DNA of 64,000 nucleotides from Gammaproteobacteria bacterium (lineage in GTDB: Bacteria > Pseudomonadota > Gammaproteobacteria > Enterobacterales > Alteromonadaceae). This document shows, piece after piece, positions 29,463-39,400 of this stretch. Under the pieces are notes generated by a model. That model was not told where the DNA came from and did not search any database. It saw only the letters and a list, made by a program, of their open reading frames with translations. The DNA lies in assembly GCA_018815765.1 (NCBI GenBank), contig JAHIWM010000102.1, positions 45,089 through 109,088 on the forward strand, in the 5' to 3' direction. Position 1 is the first letter of the stretch. Each line of letters opens with the position of its first letter. Both the position numbers and the translations under genes were made by a program.

Positions 29463-30290
29463 GTGGACTCTTATTTTTTATTCCCGCAAATTGACCCGGT
29501 GATCTTCAGCATAGGGCCAGTGGCCGTGCGCTGGTATGGCTTGATGTATGTGATCGCTTTTTTACTGGCGAACTGGCTGGCGAACCGGCAAGCGGATAAA
29601 CCGGGCTCGGGCTGGACCCGGGATCAGGTCAGTGACTTGCTGTTTTTCGGTTTTTTAGGCGTGATTGTTGGTGGTCGCGTTGGCTATGTATTGTTTTACA
29701 GTTTCAGTAACTTTATTGCCGATCCGCTGTATTTATTCCGCACATGGGAAGGCGGCATGTCCTTCCACGGTGGTGTGTTAGGTGTAATGGCCGCTATGGC
29801 CTGGTTTGCCTGGCGCAATAAAAAACGCTATCTGGAACTGGGTGATTTTGTCGTGCCGCTGCTGCCTTTGGGTTTAGCTTTTGGTCGTTTAGGTAACTTT
29901 ATCAACGGCGAATTGTGGGGCCGCACTACAGACGTGCCATGGGCTGTGTTATTCCCTAACGCCGGTATGTTGCCACGCCATCCGTCTCAGCTGTATGAAC
30001 TGTTGGGCGAAGGCATCATTTTGTTTATTTTGCTGCAGTTGTACAAACGTAAAAATCCACCTGCAGGTAACGTCGCTGGTTTATTCCTGCTGGGTTATGG
30101 TACAGCGCGTTTTATTATCGAATTCTTCCGTGAACCGGATGCACATTTAGGCTTGTTGTCTCTGGGTATGTCTATGGGGCAGTGGCTCTGTATTCCAATG
30201 ATTGTTGCTGGTTCAGGCCTTATGATCTGGGGCTACACCCGTGAAAAGAATGGCCGTGAAAATACGGTGAAGAAAGAGAGCAAGGCATGA
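29463..30290 (+). CDS. lgt: prolipoprotein diacylglyceryl transferase Lgt
   Basis: GTG 29463 gives [29 protein letters not shown], which aligns with the E. coli Lgt N-terminus. Motifs [14 protein letters not shown] and HPSQLYE are present. Confidence 0.9.
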   Translation: MDSYFLFPQIDPVIFSIGPVAVRWYGLMYVIAFLLANWLANRQADKPGSGWTRDQVSDLLFFGFLGVIVGGRVGYVLFYSFSNFIADPLYLFRTWEGGMSFHGGVLGVMAAMAWFAWRNKKRYLELGDFVVPLLPLGLAFGRLGNFINGELWGRTTDVPWAVLFPNAGMLPRHPSQLYELLGEGIILFILLQLYKRKNPPAGNVAGLFLLGYGTARFIIEFFREPDAHLGLLSLGMSMGQWLCIPMIVAGSGLMIWGYTREKNGRENTVKKESKA

Positions 30291-31120
30291 AGCAGTATTT
30301 AGACTTAATGCGCCATGTGCTTGAACATGGCCACAAAAAATCTGATCGTACCGGCACTGGCACCATGAGCGTGTTTGGCTATCAGATGCGTTTTGACTTA
30401 AGTCAGGGCTTTCCGTTGGTGACGACCAAAAAGTGTCACCTGCGCTCCATTATTCATGAGCTGTTGTGGTTCCTCAAAGGCGACACCAATATCCAGTATC
30501 TGAAGGATAACAAAGTCAGTATTTGGGATGAATGGGCGACAGAGCAGGGCGATTTGGGCCCTGTCTATGGTGCGCAGTGGCGTAGTTGGCAAACACCGGA
30601 TGGCCGGGTGATTGACCAGATCAGCCAGCTCATTCACGACATTAAAACCAATCCGGATTCACGCCGTTTAATCGTCAGTGGCTGGAATCCAGCTGTATTA
30701 CCTGATACCAAATTCAGTCCAAAAGACAATGCGGCTATGGGCAAACAGGCCTTGCCTCCTTGCCATACCTTGTTTCAGTTTTATGTGCACGACGGCAAAT
30801 TATCCTGTCAGTTGTATCAGCGCAGCGCCGACATATTTCTTGGCGTGCCCTTTAATATCGCAAGTTATGCGCTGCTGACCATGATGGTGGCGCAGGTCTG
30901 TGATTTAACGCCTGGTGATTTTGTGCATACTTTTGGTGATGCGCATTTGTACAGCAATCATATGGAACAGGTGAACGAGCAGTTAAGCCGAACGCCGCAC
31001 CCATTGCCACAAATGCAGCTGAATCCTACGGTGAAAGATATTTTTGGTTTCACTATTGATGATTTTCAGCTGGTTAATTATTTAGCGCATCCAGCTATCA
31101 AAGCCCCAATCGCCATCTAA
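30287..31120 (+). CDS. thyA: thymidylate synthase ThyA
   Basis: 277 aa. Motifs DRTGTGT, the active-site LPPCH, and DAHLYSNH. There is an ATGA overlap with lgt. Confidence 0.95.
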   Translation: MKQYLDLMRHVLEHGHKKSDRTGTGTMSVFGYQMRFDLSQGFPLVTTKKCHLRSIIHELLWFLKGDTNIQYLKDNKVSIWDEWATEQGDLGPVYGAQWRSWQTPDGRVIDQISQLIHDIKTNPDSRRLIVSGWNPAVLPDTKFSPKDNAAMGKQALPPCHTLFQFYVHDGKLSCQLYQRSADIFLGVPFNIASYALLTMMVAQVCDLTPGDFVHTFGDAHLYSNHMEQVNEQLSRTPHPLPQMQLNPTVKDIFGFTIDDFQLVNYLAHPAIKAPIAI

Positions 31121-31125
31121 AACTG

Positions 31126-31180
31126 AAAATGGGGTCAGATCACATTGTTAACAGTTAACAATGTGATCTGACCCCATTTT
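31126..31180. repeat. palindromic intergenic repeat, subfamily B copy 2
   Basis: AAAATGGGGTCAGATCACATTGTTAAC-a-GTTAACAATGTGATCTGACCCCATTTT, located 5 nt after the thyA stop. Confidence 0.85.
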
Positions 31181-31209
31181 GTTTGCTCCAAAAAACCGTC
31201 AAAATTATC

Positions 31210-31225
31210 TGGCATCAATTTTGCT
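31210..31225 (+). promoter_or_regulatory. sigma54 (-24/-12) promoter of the flgO-like operon
   Basis: TGGCAT-CAATT-TTGCT against consensus TGGCAC-N5-TTGCW. The GG-to-GC spacing is exact. It lies 48 nt upstream of GTG 31273. Confidence 0.7.
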
Positions 31226-31272
31226 GTATATCATGCATAGATAAATAAGCGACGGCTACGCCGGGGGCTACA

Positions 31273-31869
31273 GTGCGGATATTCGGGTTAGTCATTACAG
31301 TATTGCTGTTGTGCAGCTGCAGTTCTTTGCCACAAGGGCAAGATATTGCCGATCCTGTAAAGATCTCAAAAGCAGAACAACATCCTCCTTTGTTGTTTTA
31401 CACCGAGCGTCTGGCAGACCAGCTGTTTCATCAATTACAACCTCTGGAATTCGGTGCTATAGCTGTCACCACTTTTGCTGATGTGCAGCTGCTGGCTCCC
31501 GATACCAGTCGTAAGTCCAGCTATAACGCCTCCCTGCAGTTGCAGGAAAGTATGCAGACTGTGGCCACTCAGCTCGGTTATCAGGTCAGTGAAATACGCT
31601 TAAATGATGCTGTGCTGGTGCACCCAGGCTTTGAGAATTCCTTAGGCCGCGATTTAAGCCTGCTGGCGCAAAATCAACAGGCGCGTTATGTGATTACAGG
31701 GACCCTGACCGAAGGGGAAGTGCATATCACAGTGAATGCCAAATTAATTGACCTGAAAAGCCAGCAAGTACTTGCTGCGGCATCCAGTGTTATTCCAGTA
31801 GCTGTGTTATGGCCCAACGAGCAGTTGCAATTGCGCCATAATAAGTTGTATCGCAATTCGGAGTCTTAA
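31273..31869 (+). CDS. flgO: FlgO-family outer-membrane lipoprotein (paralog 1)
   Basis: 198 aa with a GTG start and lipobox-like LLCSC. Domain segment: IAVTTFADV...LQLQESMQTVATQLGYQVSE...YVITGTLTEGEVHITVNAKLIDLKSQQVLAAASSVIP. Its position next to the flg locus matches Vibrio flgO. Confidence 0.5.
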   Translation: MRIFGLVITVLLLCSCSSLPQGQDIADPVKISKAEQHPPLLFYTERLADQLFHQLQPLEFGAIAVTTFADVQLLAPDTSRKSSYNASLQLQESMQTVATQLGYQVSEIRLNDAVLVHPGFENSLGRDLSLLAQNQQARYVITGTLTEGEVHITVNAKLIDLKSQQVLAAASSVIPVAVLWPNEQLQLRHNKLYRNSES

Positions 31870-31872
31870 TTG

Positions 31873-32619
31873 ATGACTAGATATCGCCACCTTATTCTTT
31901 TATGCGGCATGACAACTCTGGCTTCTGTATCAGGTTGTACGCCTTTGATAGATACTGACTCCGAAGGTAAACCAGTGGCACCAGCGAATAAGGTGGAGCT
32001 GCAGCAAGGCCGTGTGACCTACAAAAAGGATGAGCCAGCAGTTCATCCGGATCAGCTGTATGTCAGTCAATATGACAGCGCCACCACTCAAAATGCCCGT
32101 ATGGCGGGGATGAATCCAACCAGCTATAAGCCTGAACCAGCCATTACAGTGAATCATTACGTCCAAAGTATGATGCATGACTTAGCTGCTAACCTTGAAG
32201 TGTTAAGCACAACCTTTAGTGTTGGTGTCACCAGCTTTGTTTATCTGGACGGTGATTATCAGCAAGGCGATTTGCTGGGTAATCAGTTATCTGAAGCTTT
32301 TATGCATGAGGCCACCCAGTTTGGTATGGCGGTCACAGATTTTAAAACCACAGATTATATCCGTGTAACACCCACAGGCGACTTTACTTTTAGCCGCGAT
32401 TTCCTTGAGCTGACCCAACAATACCCCATCAGTGTAGTGCTGGGGGGAACCTTAGTCCGCCATCAGGGCGGGGTAATGGTGAATGCGCGTATGGTGAACG
32501 TCAACGATAAAAAAGTGTTGGCGACAGCTCAGACCTTGATTCCACAAAACGTGGTACAGGCGCTAAAAGCGACACATAGCGCACCTTTGTTGCAGCTCAA
32601 AGCGGCTGGAACACCTTAA
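31873..32619 (+). CDS. FlgO-domain lipoprotein (paralog 2)
   Basis: Lipobox VSGC. The C-terminal domain VGVTSFVYLDGD...LGNQLSEAF...VVLGGTLVRHQGGVMVNARMVNVNDKKVLATAQTLIP is clearly paralogous to the genes on either side. Confidence 0.5.
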   Translation: MTRYRHLILLCGMTTLASVSGCTPLIDTDSEGKPVAPANKVELQQGRVTYKKDEPAVHPDQLYVSQYDSATTQNARMAGMNPTSYKPEPAITVNHYVQSMMHDLAANLEVLSTTFSVGVTSFVYLDGDYQQGDLLGNQLSEAFMHEATQFGMAVTDFKTTDYIRVTPTGDFTFSRDFLELTQQYPISVVLGGTLVRHQGGVMVNARMVNVNDKKVLATAQTLIPQNVVQALKATHSAPLLQLKAAGTP

Positions 32620-32641
32620 CAGGCTGAAACTGGATCTCTCT

Positions 32642-33961
32642 ATGAACTCACTGAATTCAACAATGACGTCAGCGTCAGCCAAAGTACTGTTAATAGTCGC
32701 AGCGCTATGGTTATCAGGTTGCGCTAGTTCAACAACCGAAAGTGCTGAAGCGCAAGTACAGGCAGAACAAACTGAACTTAGCGCTGAGGAACAACTGGCA
32801 CAACTGCAAACGCAAATGCAGGCGATGCAATCTGATTGGGAAAAACAAAAACCTGCGCTGGATCGTTTAGTCACCAATGAAGAAGATCTGCAGTTTTTAA
32901 TCAAAACGCTAAGCGATATGTCGCAAATTGATGACGCTCCTTCACGGTCTGCTTATCTGGGCAAAACGGAGATGACTGCGGAGCAACGTGAAGCGCTTTA
33001 TTCCATCACTCATGTGATCAACAACCAGCAGCAACTATTGGATATGGTGCAAAACCTGACCGATATCCTAAAAAATAATGCCGGAACAGTGAATACTGTA
33101 CAAAGTTCAACGACACAGAGTACACAAACTTTAGCGCCATCTGCAGCACCACAAGATGCACCTGTTGAAGTAAGCCGGGCTAATTATGAAGTCTCCGCAA
33201 ACTCCGAATTTAGCAGCAGTAGCAGCTCTTCAGCTGTAACGACGACTTCAACCACTTATTGTGAGTGTGAACCTTCCACGTCGCAGAATAGCTCTGTGGC
33301 GCAAGGCACAAGCAACAGGAACACAGAATGGTTTGGCTTAACTCAGCCCTATCAGGAAGCTGCTCCTGCTATGGGCATGGCACAAAACTCCCAGTTAGAC
33401 AGTAGCGCTGTAAACAATGGTCAACCTATTCCTGGCTTAGCGGTAAAACAATTTAGCCGCAGAACTTTACCTTCAGAGCTGGCGGCGGCCGGTGCGGATC
33501 TGCAGGCATATAATGCAGCGCCGATGTTCCAGCAAAGCCGTAAATCCTTAAGTGACTATGTTGCGCAGCTGGCATTTAAGTTGGCTGGTAACCAACAACT
33601 GCAAGGTGTGAAAGTTGGGGTAGCGAGTTTTGTATTTTTTGATTCTCAGCTTGAACAAACCAGTGCCGTAGGGAATCAGCTTGCAGAAGAGTTGAGCACA
33701 GTGCTGCCAGGTTATGGTGCTTCAGTGATTGAATACAAACTGACAAAAAATATTACTGTAGGTCCAACAGGTGATTTATCTTTATCCCGCAGTACCAGTA
33801 AGCTGCGCAACCCTCAGGGTATGGATTATATTTTAACTGGTACTATGGTTCCTACCCGCCGTGGTCTGCAAATCAATAGCAGGGTAGTGTCTACACAAAA
33901 TAATGTGGTGATAAGTTCTGCAACTACATTAATTCCTGCACTGGTATTACAACAGCTTTAA
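32642..33961 (+). CDS. FlgO-domain lipoprotein with coiled-coil and Ser/Thr-rich linker (paralog 3)
   Basis: 439 aa with lipobox LSGC. It has an N-terminal coiled coil, a low-complexity SSSSSSSAVTTTSTT stretch, and the C-terminal domain VGVASFVFFDSQ...VGNQLAEEL...YILTGTMVPTRRGLQINSRVVSTQNNVVISSATTLIP. Confidence 0.5.
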   Translation: MNSLNSTMTSASAKVLLIVAALWLSGCASSTTESAEAQVQAEQTELSAEEQLAQLQTQMQAMQSDWEKQKPALDRLVTNEEDLQFLIKTLSDMSQIDDAPSRSAYLGKTEMTAEQREALYSITHVINNQQQLLDMVQNLTDILKNNAGTVNTVQSSTTQSTQTLAPSAAPQDAPVEVSRANYEVSANSEFSSSSSSSAVTTTSTTYCECEPSTSQNSSVAQGTSNRNTEWFGLTQPYQEAAPAMGMAQNSQLDSSAVNNGQPIPGLAVKQFSRRTLPSELAAAGADLQAYNAAPMFQQSRKSLSDYVAQLAFKLAGNQQLQGVKVGVASFVFFDSQLEQTSAVGNQLAEELSTVLPGYGASVIEYKLTKNITVGPTGDLSLSRSTSKLRNPQGMDYILTGTMVPTRRGLQINSRVVSTQNNVVISSATTLIPALVLQQL

Positions 33962-33990
33962 ATCATTTTGTTTACTTCTGTACTTTCTGG

Positions 33991-34028
33991 TAAGGAATTA
34001 TAAATGATCTTTTATAATTCCTTATTTT
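33991..34028 (+). terminator. rho-independent terminator of the flgO-like operon
   Basis: TAAGGAATTATAAA-tgatct-TTTATAATTCCTTA forms a 14-bp perfect stem followed by TTTT. It begins 30 nt after the stop at 33961. Confidence 0.7.
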
Positions 34029-34292
34029 GGATTTTAACTATTTTGTACTATCCTTCTTTTGTTTCCTGATGCAAACGTTCCTGCTTTTTTACCTTCCTGC
34101 GCGTGAAAATATCCTGTTTGCGACCTGTTTTTAGAAGCTCTGGTGGTGTACAGTAGATTTTACTTAATTTCATAAATTTCAAAATCATCAAAAATATTTA
34201 CCGATTAAGTGAAAATAATTGCATTAAAAAATAGAAAAAACAAAAAAATTGAAATTTTTTGCATAAAAAAGTGAAAAATTAGAAAAATGTAA

Positions 34293-34319
34293 TAAAGTTT
34301 TAAGAGTGGCAGTCGATAC
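34293..34319 (+). promoter_or_regulatory. sigma28 (FliA)-type promoter of the DUF4402 fibre operon
   Basis: TAAAGTTT-N11-GTCGATAC against consensus TAAAGTTT-N11-GCCGATAA. The spacing is identical to the flagellin, flaG and flgM motifs in this window. It lies 80 nt upstream of ATG 34399. Confidence 0.6.
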
Positions 34320-34398
34320 ATTGATACGCTAAGGTTAAACTCAATTCGTTACCTGAGCGGGTTCATTGTAACTATTTGATCAATATAGGAAAGAGAAC

Positions 34399-35073
34399 AT
34401 GAATACTAATAATTTTTCTCGAAAAGCAGGTGTCGCGGTTGCTTTATCAGCAGCTCTGTTGTCTATGCAGGTATCTGCAGAAACAGCTTCAGCTGATATT
34501 TCTGTAACAGTAAATAACGCTATTACTTTCGTAAAGAACACCGATCTGAACTTTGGTGATGTTCGTGCAAGAGCGTCGTTACCTGCTGGCGAATGCAGCG
34601 GATTATACCTGCCTGCCAACCCAGCCTCACCACTACGTGTAGTAGATTTAGCGGGTGATACTGACCTGGTTAACACTGGTGGTACTGACGTTTGTACTGG
34701 AGAAGGTGATGCGGTCATGACATCTTTAGGAACAACTCCGGCTACCCGCGCTGGCTTTACTGTGAGTGGTGCTGCAACTTTTACCGACTTAACTATTACA
34801 ATTCCTGAAACAGTTACGCTGAACAATCCAAACCCAACTGCTCCTGACTTTGTTTTAACCTATATCCATGGTTACCGCACGTCGGCGCCAACGGGAGACG
34901 TTAGTTTTGCTATTGCTGCAACTGAAGGTGTGGCAACCGTAACTACTGATGGTACTGGTGGTTTCACCTTTAACTTAGGTGGCGCTTTAGTGACGCAGCC
35001 TGCCATTGCAACTACAGCTGTTTATGATGATACAACTTACACTGGTAGTATGATTGTCGAAGTCGCTTATTAA
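34399..35073 (+). CDS. secreted DUF4402-like fibre subunit (putative major subunit)
   Basis: 224 aa with signal peptide LLSMQVSA/ET. N-terminal alternating strand ADISVTVNNAITFVKNTDLNFGDV, middle AGFTVSGAATFTDLTITIPETVTL, and C-terminal YTGSMIVEVAY. The pattern matches my recollection of DUF4402 (SCPU/Csu-like). GGAAAGAG RBS. Confidence 0.6.
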   Translation: MNTNNFSRKAGVAVALSAALLSMQVSAETASADISVTVNNAITFVKNTDLNFGDVRARASLPAGECSGLYLPANPASPLRVVDLAGDTDLVNTGGTDVCTGEGDAVMTSLGTTPATRAGFTVSGAATFTDLTITIPETVTLNNPNPTAPDFVLTYIHGYRTSAPTGDVSFAIAATEGVATVTTDGTGGFTFNLGGALVTQPAIATTAVYDDTTYTGSMIVEVAY

Positions 35074-35093
35074 TTTATTTATATTGTAAGTGT

Positions 35094-35125
35094 AAAGGGA
35101 AGTTAAAATAACTTCCCTTTATTTT
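35094..35125 (+). terminator. intra-operon hairpin (attenuator-like) after the putative major subunit gene
   Basis: AAAGGGAAGTT-aaaat-AACTTCCCTTT forms an 11-bp perfect stem followed by ATTTT. It sits between the stop at 35073 and the next ATG at 35140. Confidence 0.55.
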
Positions 35126-35139
35126 AATCAGAGAATGCA

Positions 35140-35592
35140 ATGACTAAGATTGTACCATTTTTGTTATTGTGCTGGTCCTTTTGGACGGAAGCGGCGCTGG
35201 AAGAAGTGATTAAATTTCATTTTGGCGACATTGCTGTTACATCAACTGCTGTAGTGAGTACCGTCACAGTCCCCTTGTCCGGCCCATCCTGGTCGGATGG
35301 TGCTATCCATATTATCAAGCCAGGTCAGGCGGGTTTATACCGGTTAACTGAGTTTGTACCTTTCAGATACATCAATATTACACCTATGATGCCACAGGTA
35401 TCGGATCCGATAACCACCTCAGATGGCTTTGAGCTGGTTTCGGTGGATATGCCAAGTCAGTTAAGCACTGACAGTAATGGCACAGCTATGCTGCCAATAG
35501 GTGGGGTATTGCGCACCCGAACAACTACCGGTGAAGGTTATTTCAATACCACGTACCATATCTACTTAACTATTACTATTGAATACGAGTGA
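35140..35592 (+). CDS. secreted DUF4402-like minor subunit
   Basis: 150 aa with signal peptide LLCWSFWTEA/AL. IKFHFGDIAV parallels LNFGDV of the upstream gene. C-terminal YHIYLTITIEYE. Confidence 0.5.
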   Translation: MTKIVPFLLLCWSFWTEAALEEVIKFHFGDIAVTSTAVVSTVTVPLSGPSWSDGAIHIIKPGQAGLYRLTEFVPFRYINITPMMPQVSDPITTSDGFELVSVDMPSQLSTDSNGTAMLPIGGVLRTRTTTGEGYFNTTYHIYLTITIEYE

Positions 35593-35604
35593 GGTTTTAG
35601 ATTT

Positions 35605-36411
35605 ATGACTTCTGTATCCCGCATTTTTTTTGCTGCGTTTTTAGTGCTTTTATCTTTTCAAAGCTTCGCAAATTTACTGATTTCACCTACCAGAGTTGTT
35701 ATTGATACCAATGAAAAAACAATGCAGGTCGCATTGGTGAATGATTCAGATCGGCCGCAAACTTATCGATTAGAGTTTGAAAACAAAACCGTAAACGAGT
35801 ATGGCGCTTTTACAAAATTAGATGACAAATCAGTCGTAGGCTTTAATAGGGCTGATACTATGCTCAGAGTGTCTCCGCGTCAGGTGTCATTGCAACCCAG
35901 AGAAAAGCAAATCATTAAGTTGTCTTTAAGAAGGCCCCGAGGTTTGGCTGCGGAAGAGTTTCGCTCCTACCTAAAATTTGTCGCTATTCCACCTCCTGTG
36001 ATGTTAGCTGCGCCAGATCAGGCTCAGGCGACTCAACTTCGAATGTTAATGAGCTTTTCGATTCCTGTAGTAGTTAAAAACGGTGCGCCGAAATCTGAGG
36101 TGAAAATTACCAGTTTATCCAAAGATGCTATGGCAAAAGAGCAGCCTTTTATTGTGACTTTGGAGCGAGCTGGCAGCAGTTCTGTTTTTGGTAATTTGAA
36201 GTTATATACCCAACCTGATATTAACAATGGAAAGCCAGTCGCCTTACTAAATGAGGCTGCGTTTTATACAGATACAACACGCCGTACCTTTAAATTGATT
36301 TCTATGCCTGATACCAAGTTAAGCCCAAATGGCCTTTATAAATTGGTTATTGAAGGCGTGGACAAAGAAAAGGGCATAGTACTTGCTAGCAGGGAGATTA
36401 GTCTTAAATAA
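35605..36411 (+). CDS. PapD-like periplasmic fimbrial chaperone
   Basis: 268 aa with signal peptide LLSFQSFA/NL. LLISPTRVVIDTNEKTMQVALVNDSDRPQTYRLEF is the typical chaperone N-terminal strand pattern. Two Ig-like halves are apparent. Confidence 0.65.
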   Translation: MTSVSRIFFAAFLVLLSFQSFANLLISPTRVVIDTNEKTMQVALVNDSDRPQTYRLEFENKTVNEYGAFTKLDDKSVVGFNRADTMLRVSPRQVSLQPREKQIIKLSLRRPRGLAAEEFRSYLKFVAIPPPVMLAAPDQAQATQLRMLMSFSIPVVVKNGAPKSEVKITSLSKDAMAKEQPFIVTLERAGSSSVFGNLKLYTQPDINNGKPVALLNEAAFYTDTTRRTFKLISMPDTKLSPNGLYKLVIEGVDKEKGIVLASREISLK

Positions 36412-36431
36412 CATGATGTTTCCAGAGGGTT

Positions 36432-39400
36432 ATGCAAAACAAAAGGTCATTAAACCGCATCGCTATCAGTGTTGGGATAAGCCTTGGGTTATGGTGTGAT
36501 TTAGCTTTTTGGAATCAGGCATGGGCGGCGGCAAATGTCGATCAAGCTCGTACATCTGCCGCGCAAAACAAAAATATTTTTAGCCTAATTAAAAAACTGC
36601 GTCAAAACTATGGCGCAACCGAACAAATCCCTTTGTCTGCAGATGGGAATCCAGGCAACTCTGTAAATGCCTCTTCCTCTGTTGTATCACAATCTGCTGT
36701 TGTCGGAAGCCGCTTTGCCGAAGGTGAAGAAATCATTTTTGACGTTTCTTTGCAAGGCTATAAATTATCTGAACTTTACGCTATTAAATCAGCTACTGGT
36801 TACAGAGTGGGTTTTGCTAATCTTTTAGAAATTCTCGATTTACCTATTAATTTCTCTTTGGAGCAAAGTTCTGCCAATGGCTGGTTTTTGCGGGAAGACA
36901 ATTTGGTGAGTCTTGATTTTTCTACTCTAGATCAGCTAAAAGCAGTGATTGGTGGCAAGACAATTCTGCTCAGCGCTGACGACTACGAACTTGCGGCTGA
37001 TGATATCTACATTGAACTGGCCGAAGTCAGTCGATGGTTTAATTTAACATCACAAGTAAACGAAGAATACCTCAAGCTTGATTTGAGTACAAAAGACAAG
37101 CTTCCTGTGATAACCAGATTTGAGCGCCAGAACAGAAAACAAGTTGTAGCAGCCTATGGCTCTGAATCTGTTTTACCTGCTACCGGAATAAGCTATACAC
37201 CTTACTCGGCACCGCTGGTTGATATGCAGTTTGGGGTTTCGCATAGCAGTATTTCTAATAATGCTGCGTATGCTGTTAGTTCGAATCAGGATTTAGCGTA
37301 CTTTAATAGTGAGCTATTTGTCAGTGGCAATACTGAAGAGACTGTACAGTCAGTGCGTTTTAGCTTGAATAAAGAGTCTGCAGAAGGCGATTTACTACCA
37401 CTCATTCCGGTAACACGGCTTGATGTGGGCGATGTGTCTCCCTACAGCATTGGCAGCGCTTCAAGCGGGTTGAGCCGTGGCGTGAGCATCAGTAATACAC
37501 CACTGAACCAGTTGTATGACAATCGTAGAGTCACTATTGCAGGTCAGGTTCCTGTTGGATGGGATGTTGAGGTGTACCGAAACGGTGTATTGATCGATAG
37601 AGCTATTGCAGTTAGTGAAGGACGATACGAGTTTCTCGATATTGAGCTGTATTTTGGAAAAAATGAATTTGAGATTGTGCTCTATGGTCCTCAAGGTCAG
37701 GTTGAAACTCGCAATGAAAATTATGTGATTGATCGAAATGAAGTTTTAGCTGGGCAATCTTTTTATAATGTATCTGTTGTTGAGTTAAACCGCTCCTTAT
37801 TCGATTTTTTGTTTGATGACAGGCAACCGAACACAGGTTGGTTGTCCAGCTTTGTGTTTAATCAGGGGGTTACAGATTGGCTGGCTTTTAAAGCTGGATT
37901 CTCGAGTTTCGATTCCGATATCGAAGAATCTCAGCAGAGTGCTGTAGTCGGTGTGAACTTGAATTTGGCTCAACTTGCTTTATTGAATTCCTCTATTCGG
38001 GTCGAAAAAGATGAACGTACTACAGTAGACTCAAGCCTCAGAACTGAATTAGGTTCAACGGACTGGAGCTTTACTTATGGTAAAACTACAGAAGATGATC
38101 CGCTGTTAAAAAATCGCGACTCGGAACGTTATGGGGTTGGTTTTCGCGGTGGAATATTTGGATTTGTTAATTACGCTAATTCGTATTCTGTTGATACCTA
38201 TGGTGACGGTAATGAAACGGTCACTGCGAGTAATGCCACCAGTTTGAGTTCTTCTTTAGGGGCAATATCTAATTCGTTAATTTATCAAAAGGTAAAAGAC
38301 CCATACGCTTTTGATGAGTTAAGAGATGCTTTGGCTGAGGACGATATCCCTTTTGACGAGAATGGCAATCCTGATGAAAATCTGGATTTAAATAATCCGT
38401 TGATACGCTCTGAGCGGCAGTCAACACGAGGAGTGTTAAGTTATGCCAGACGCTTTGGGTCAGTGTTAACTCGTTTTAGTAGCGCATACCAACTCCAGCC
38501 AGAGCGTGAAACAATTTCATATTCAGCCAGTACTAATATTCCGATCTCCGAGGGTATTACCACAGATTTACGTTTTTCATATTTCCCTCAGTTTGGCAGA
38601 CGTCAATATGGTATGGGGTTGTCATGGCGATATAGCGATTTTATTTTTAGCGCCTTTGGTAATTACACCGATTCAAATAGTTATCAGATTGGTTTGTCAA
38701 CACGACTGAGTTTTGGTGCTGGATCCAAAGCTGAAAATTACGCGTTATCTGGCAAACAAGTGGGGCCTTACGGTGGGGCTGTAGTGAAAGTTTATGAAGA
38801 CAAAAATCTGAATCAGCAACATGACTATGGTGAGCCCCTGATCAAAAATGCCAGAGTGAAGGCGGTACAGGCTAACACTGAGGCTAGCACTGGTAGCGAA
38901 GGTTATGCTGTGTTGTCAGGCATAGTATCAAATACTAAAACCGATATTGTGGTGGACAGGTCAAGTCTGGAAGATGACCGTATGGTATCCACTATCCCGG
39001 GTTTCTCTATTAGTTCACGCAAAGGCTTTTGGGAACCTCTGGAATTGCCTGTCAGCCGTACTGCCGAGATCGAAGGTAAAGTGTACTTTTATGATGAAAA
39101 TGAAGTGCAGCAGCCAGCCACTTACGTAGGGGTACATTTGATCAACAAAGCCGGTGAGACGGTCAATACCACTCAGACGGAATACGATGGCTATTACTTA
39201 TTTACTGACGTATTGCCAGGCTTTTACAGAGTAGAGATAGATAAACGATCGTCACGCCGTAAATCATTAAGAGATACCGATCCGCTGGTTTTTGCCGTGC
39301 GGGGTGGGGTAGATATTCTGGATGGCACCACTATTGTAATGCAGCAGGCGCAACTGGAGCCCGGTTATGCCGTCACTATGGGCCGGTTTAACTCAGCTGT

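Noticed and set aside
33962-34398. 437-bp AT-rich spacer with A-tract repeats as a possible CRISPR leader, array or replication origin
   Set aside because: There are no regularly spaced direct repeats and no DnaA boxes. It is better explained as a curved, AT-rich promoter region.
34380-34826. 148-aa ORF on the minus strand opposite the DUF4402-like gene
   Set aside because: The plus-strand gene has an RBS, a signal peptide and family-like termini. The minus-strand ORF has none of these.
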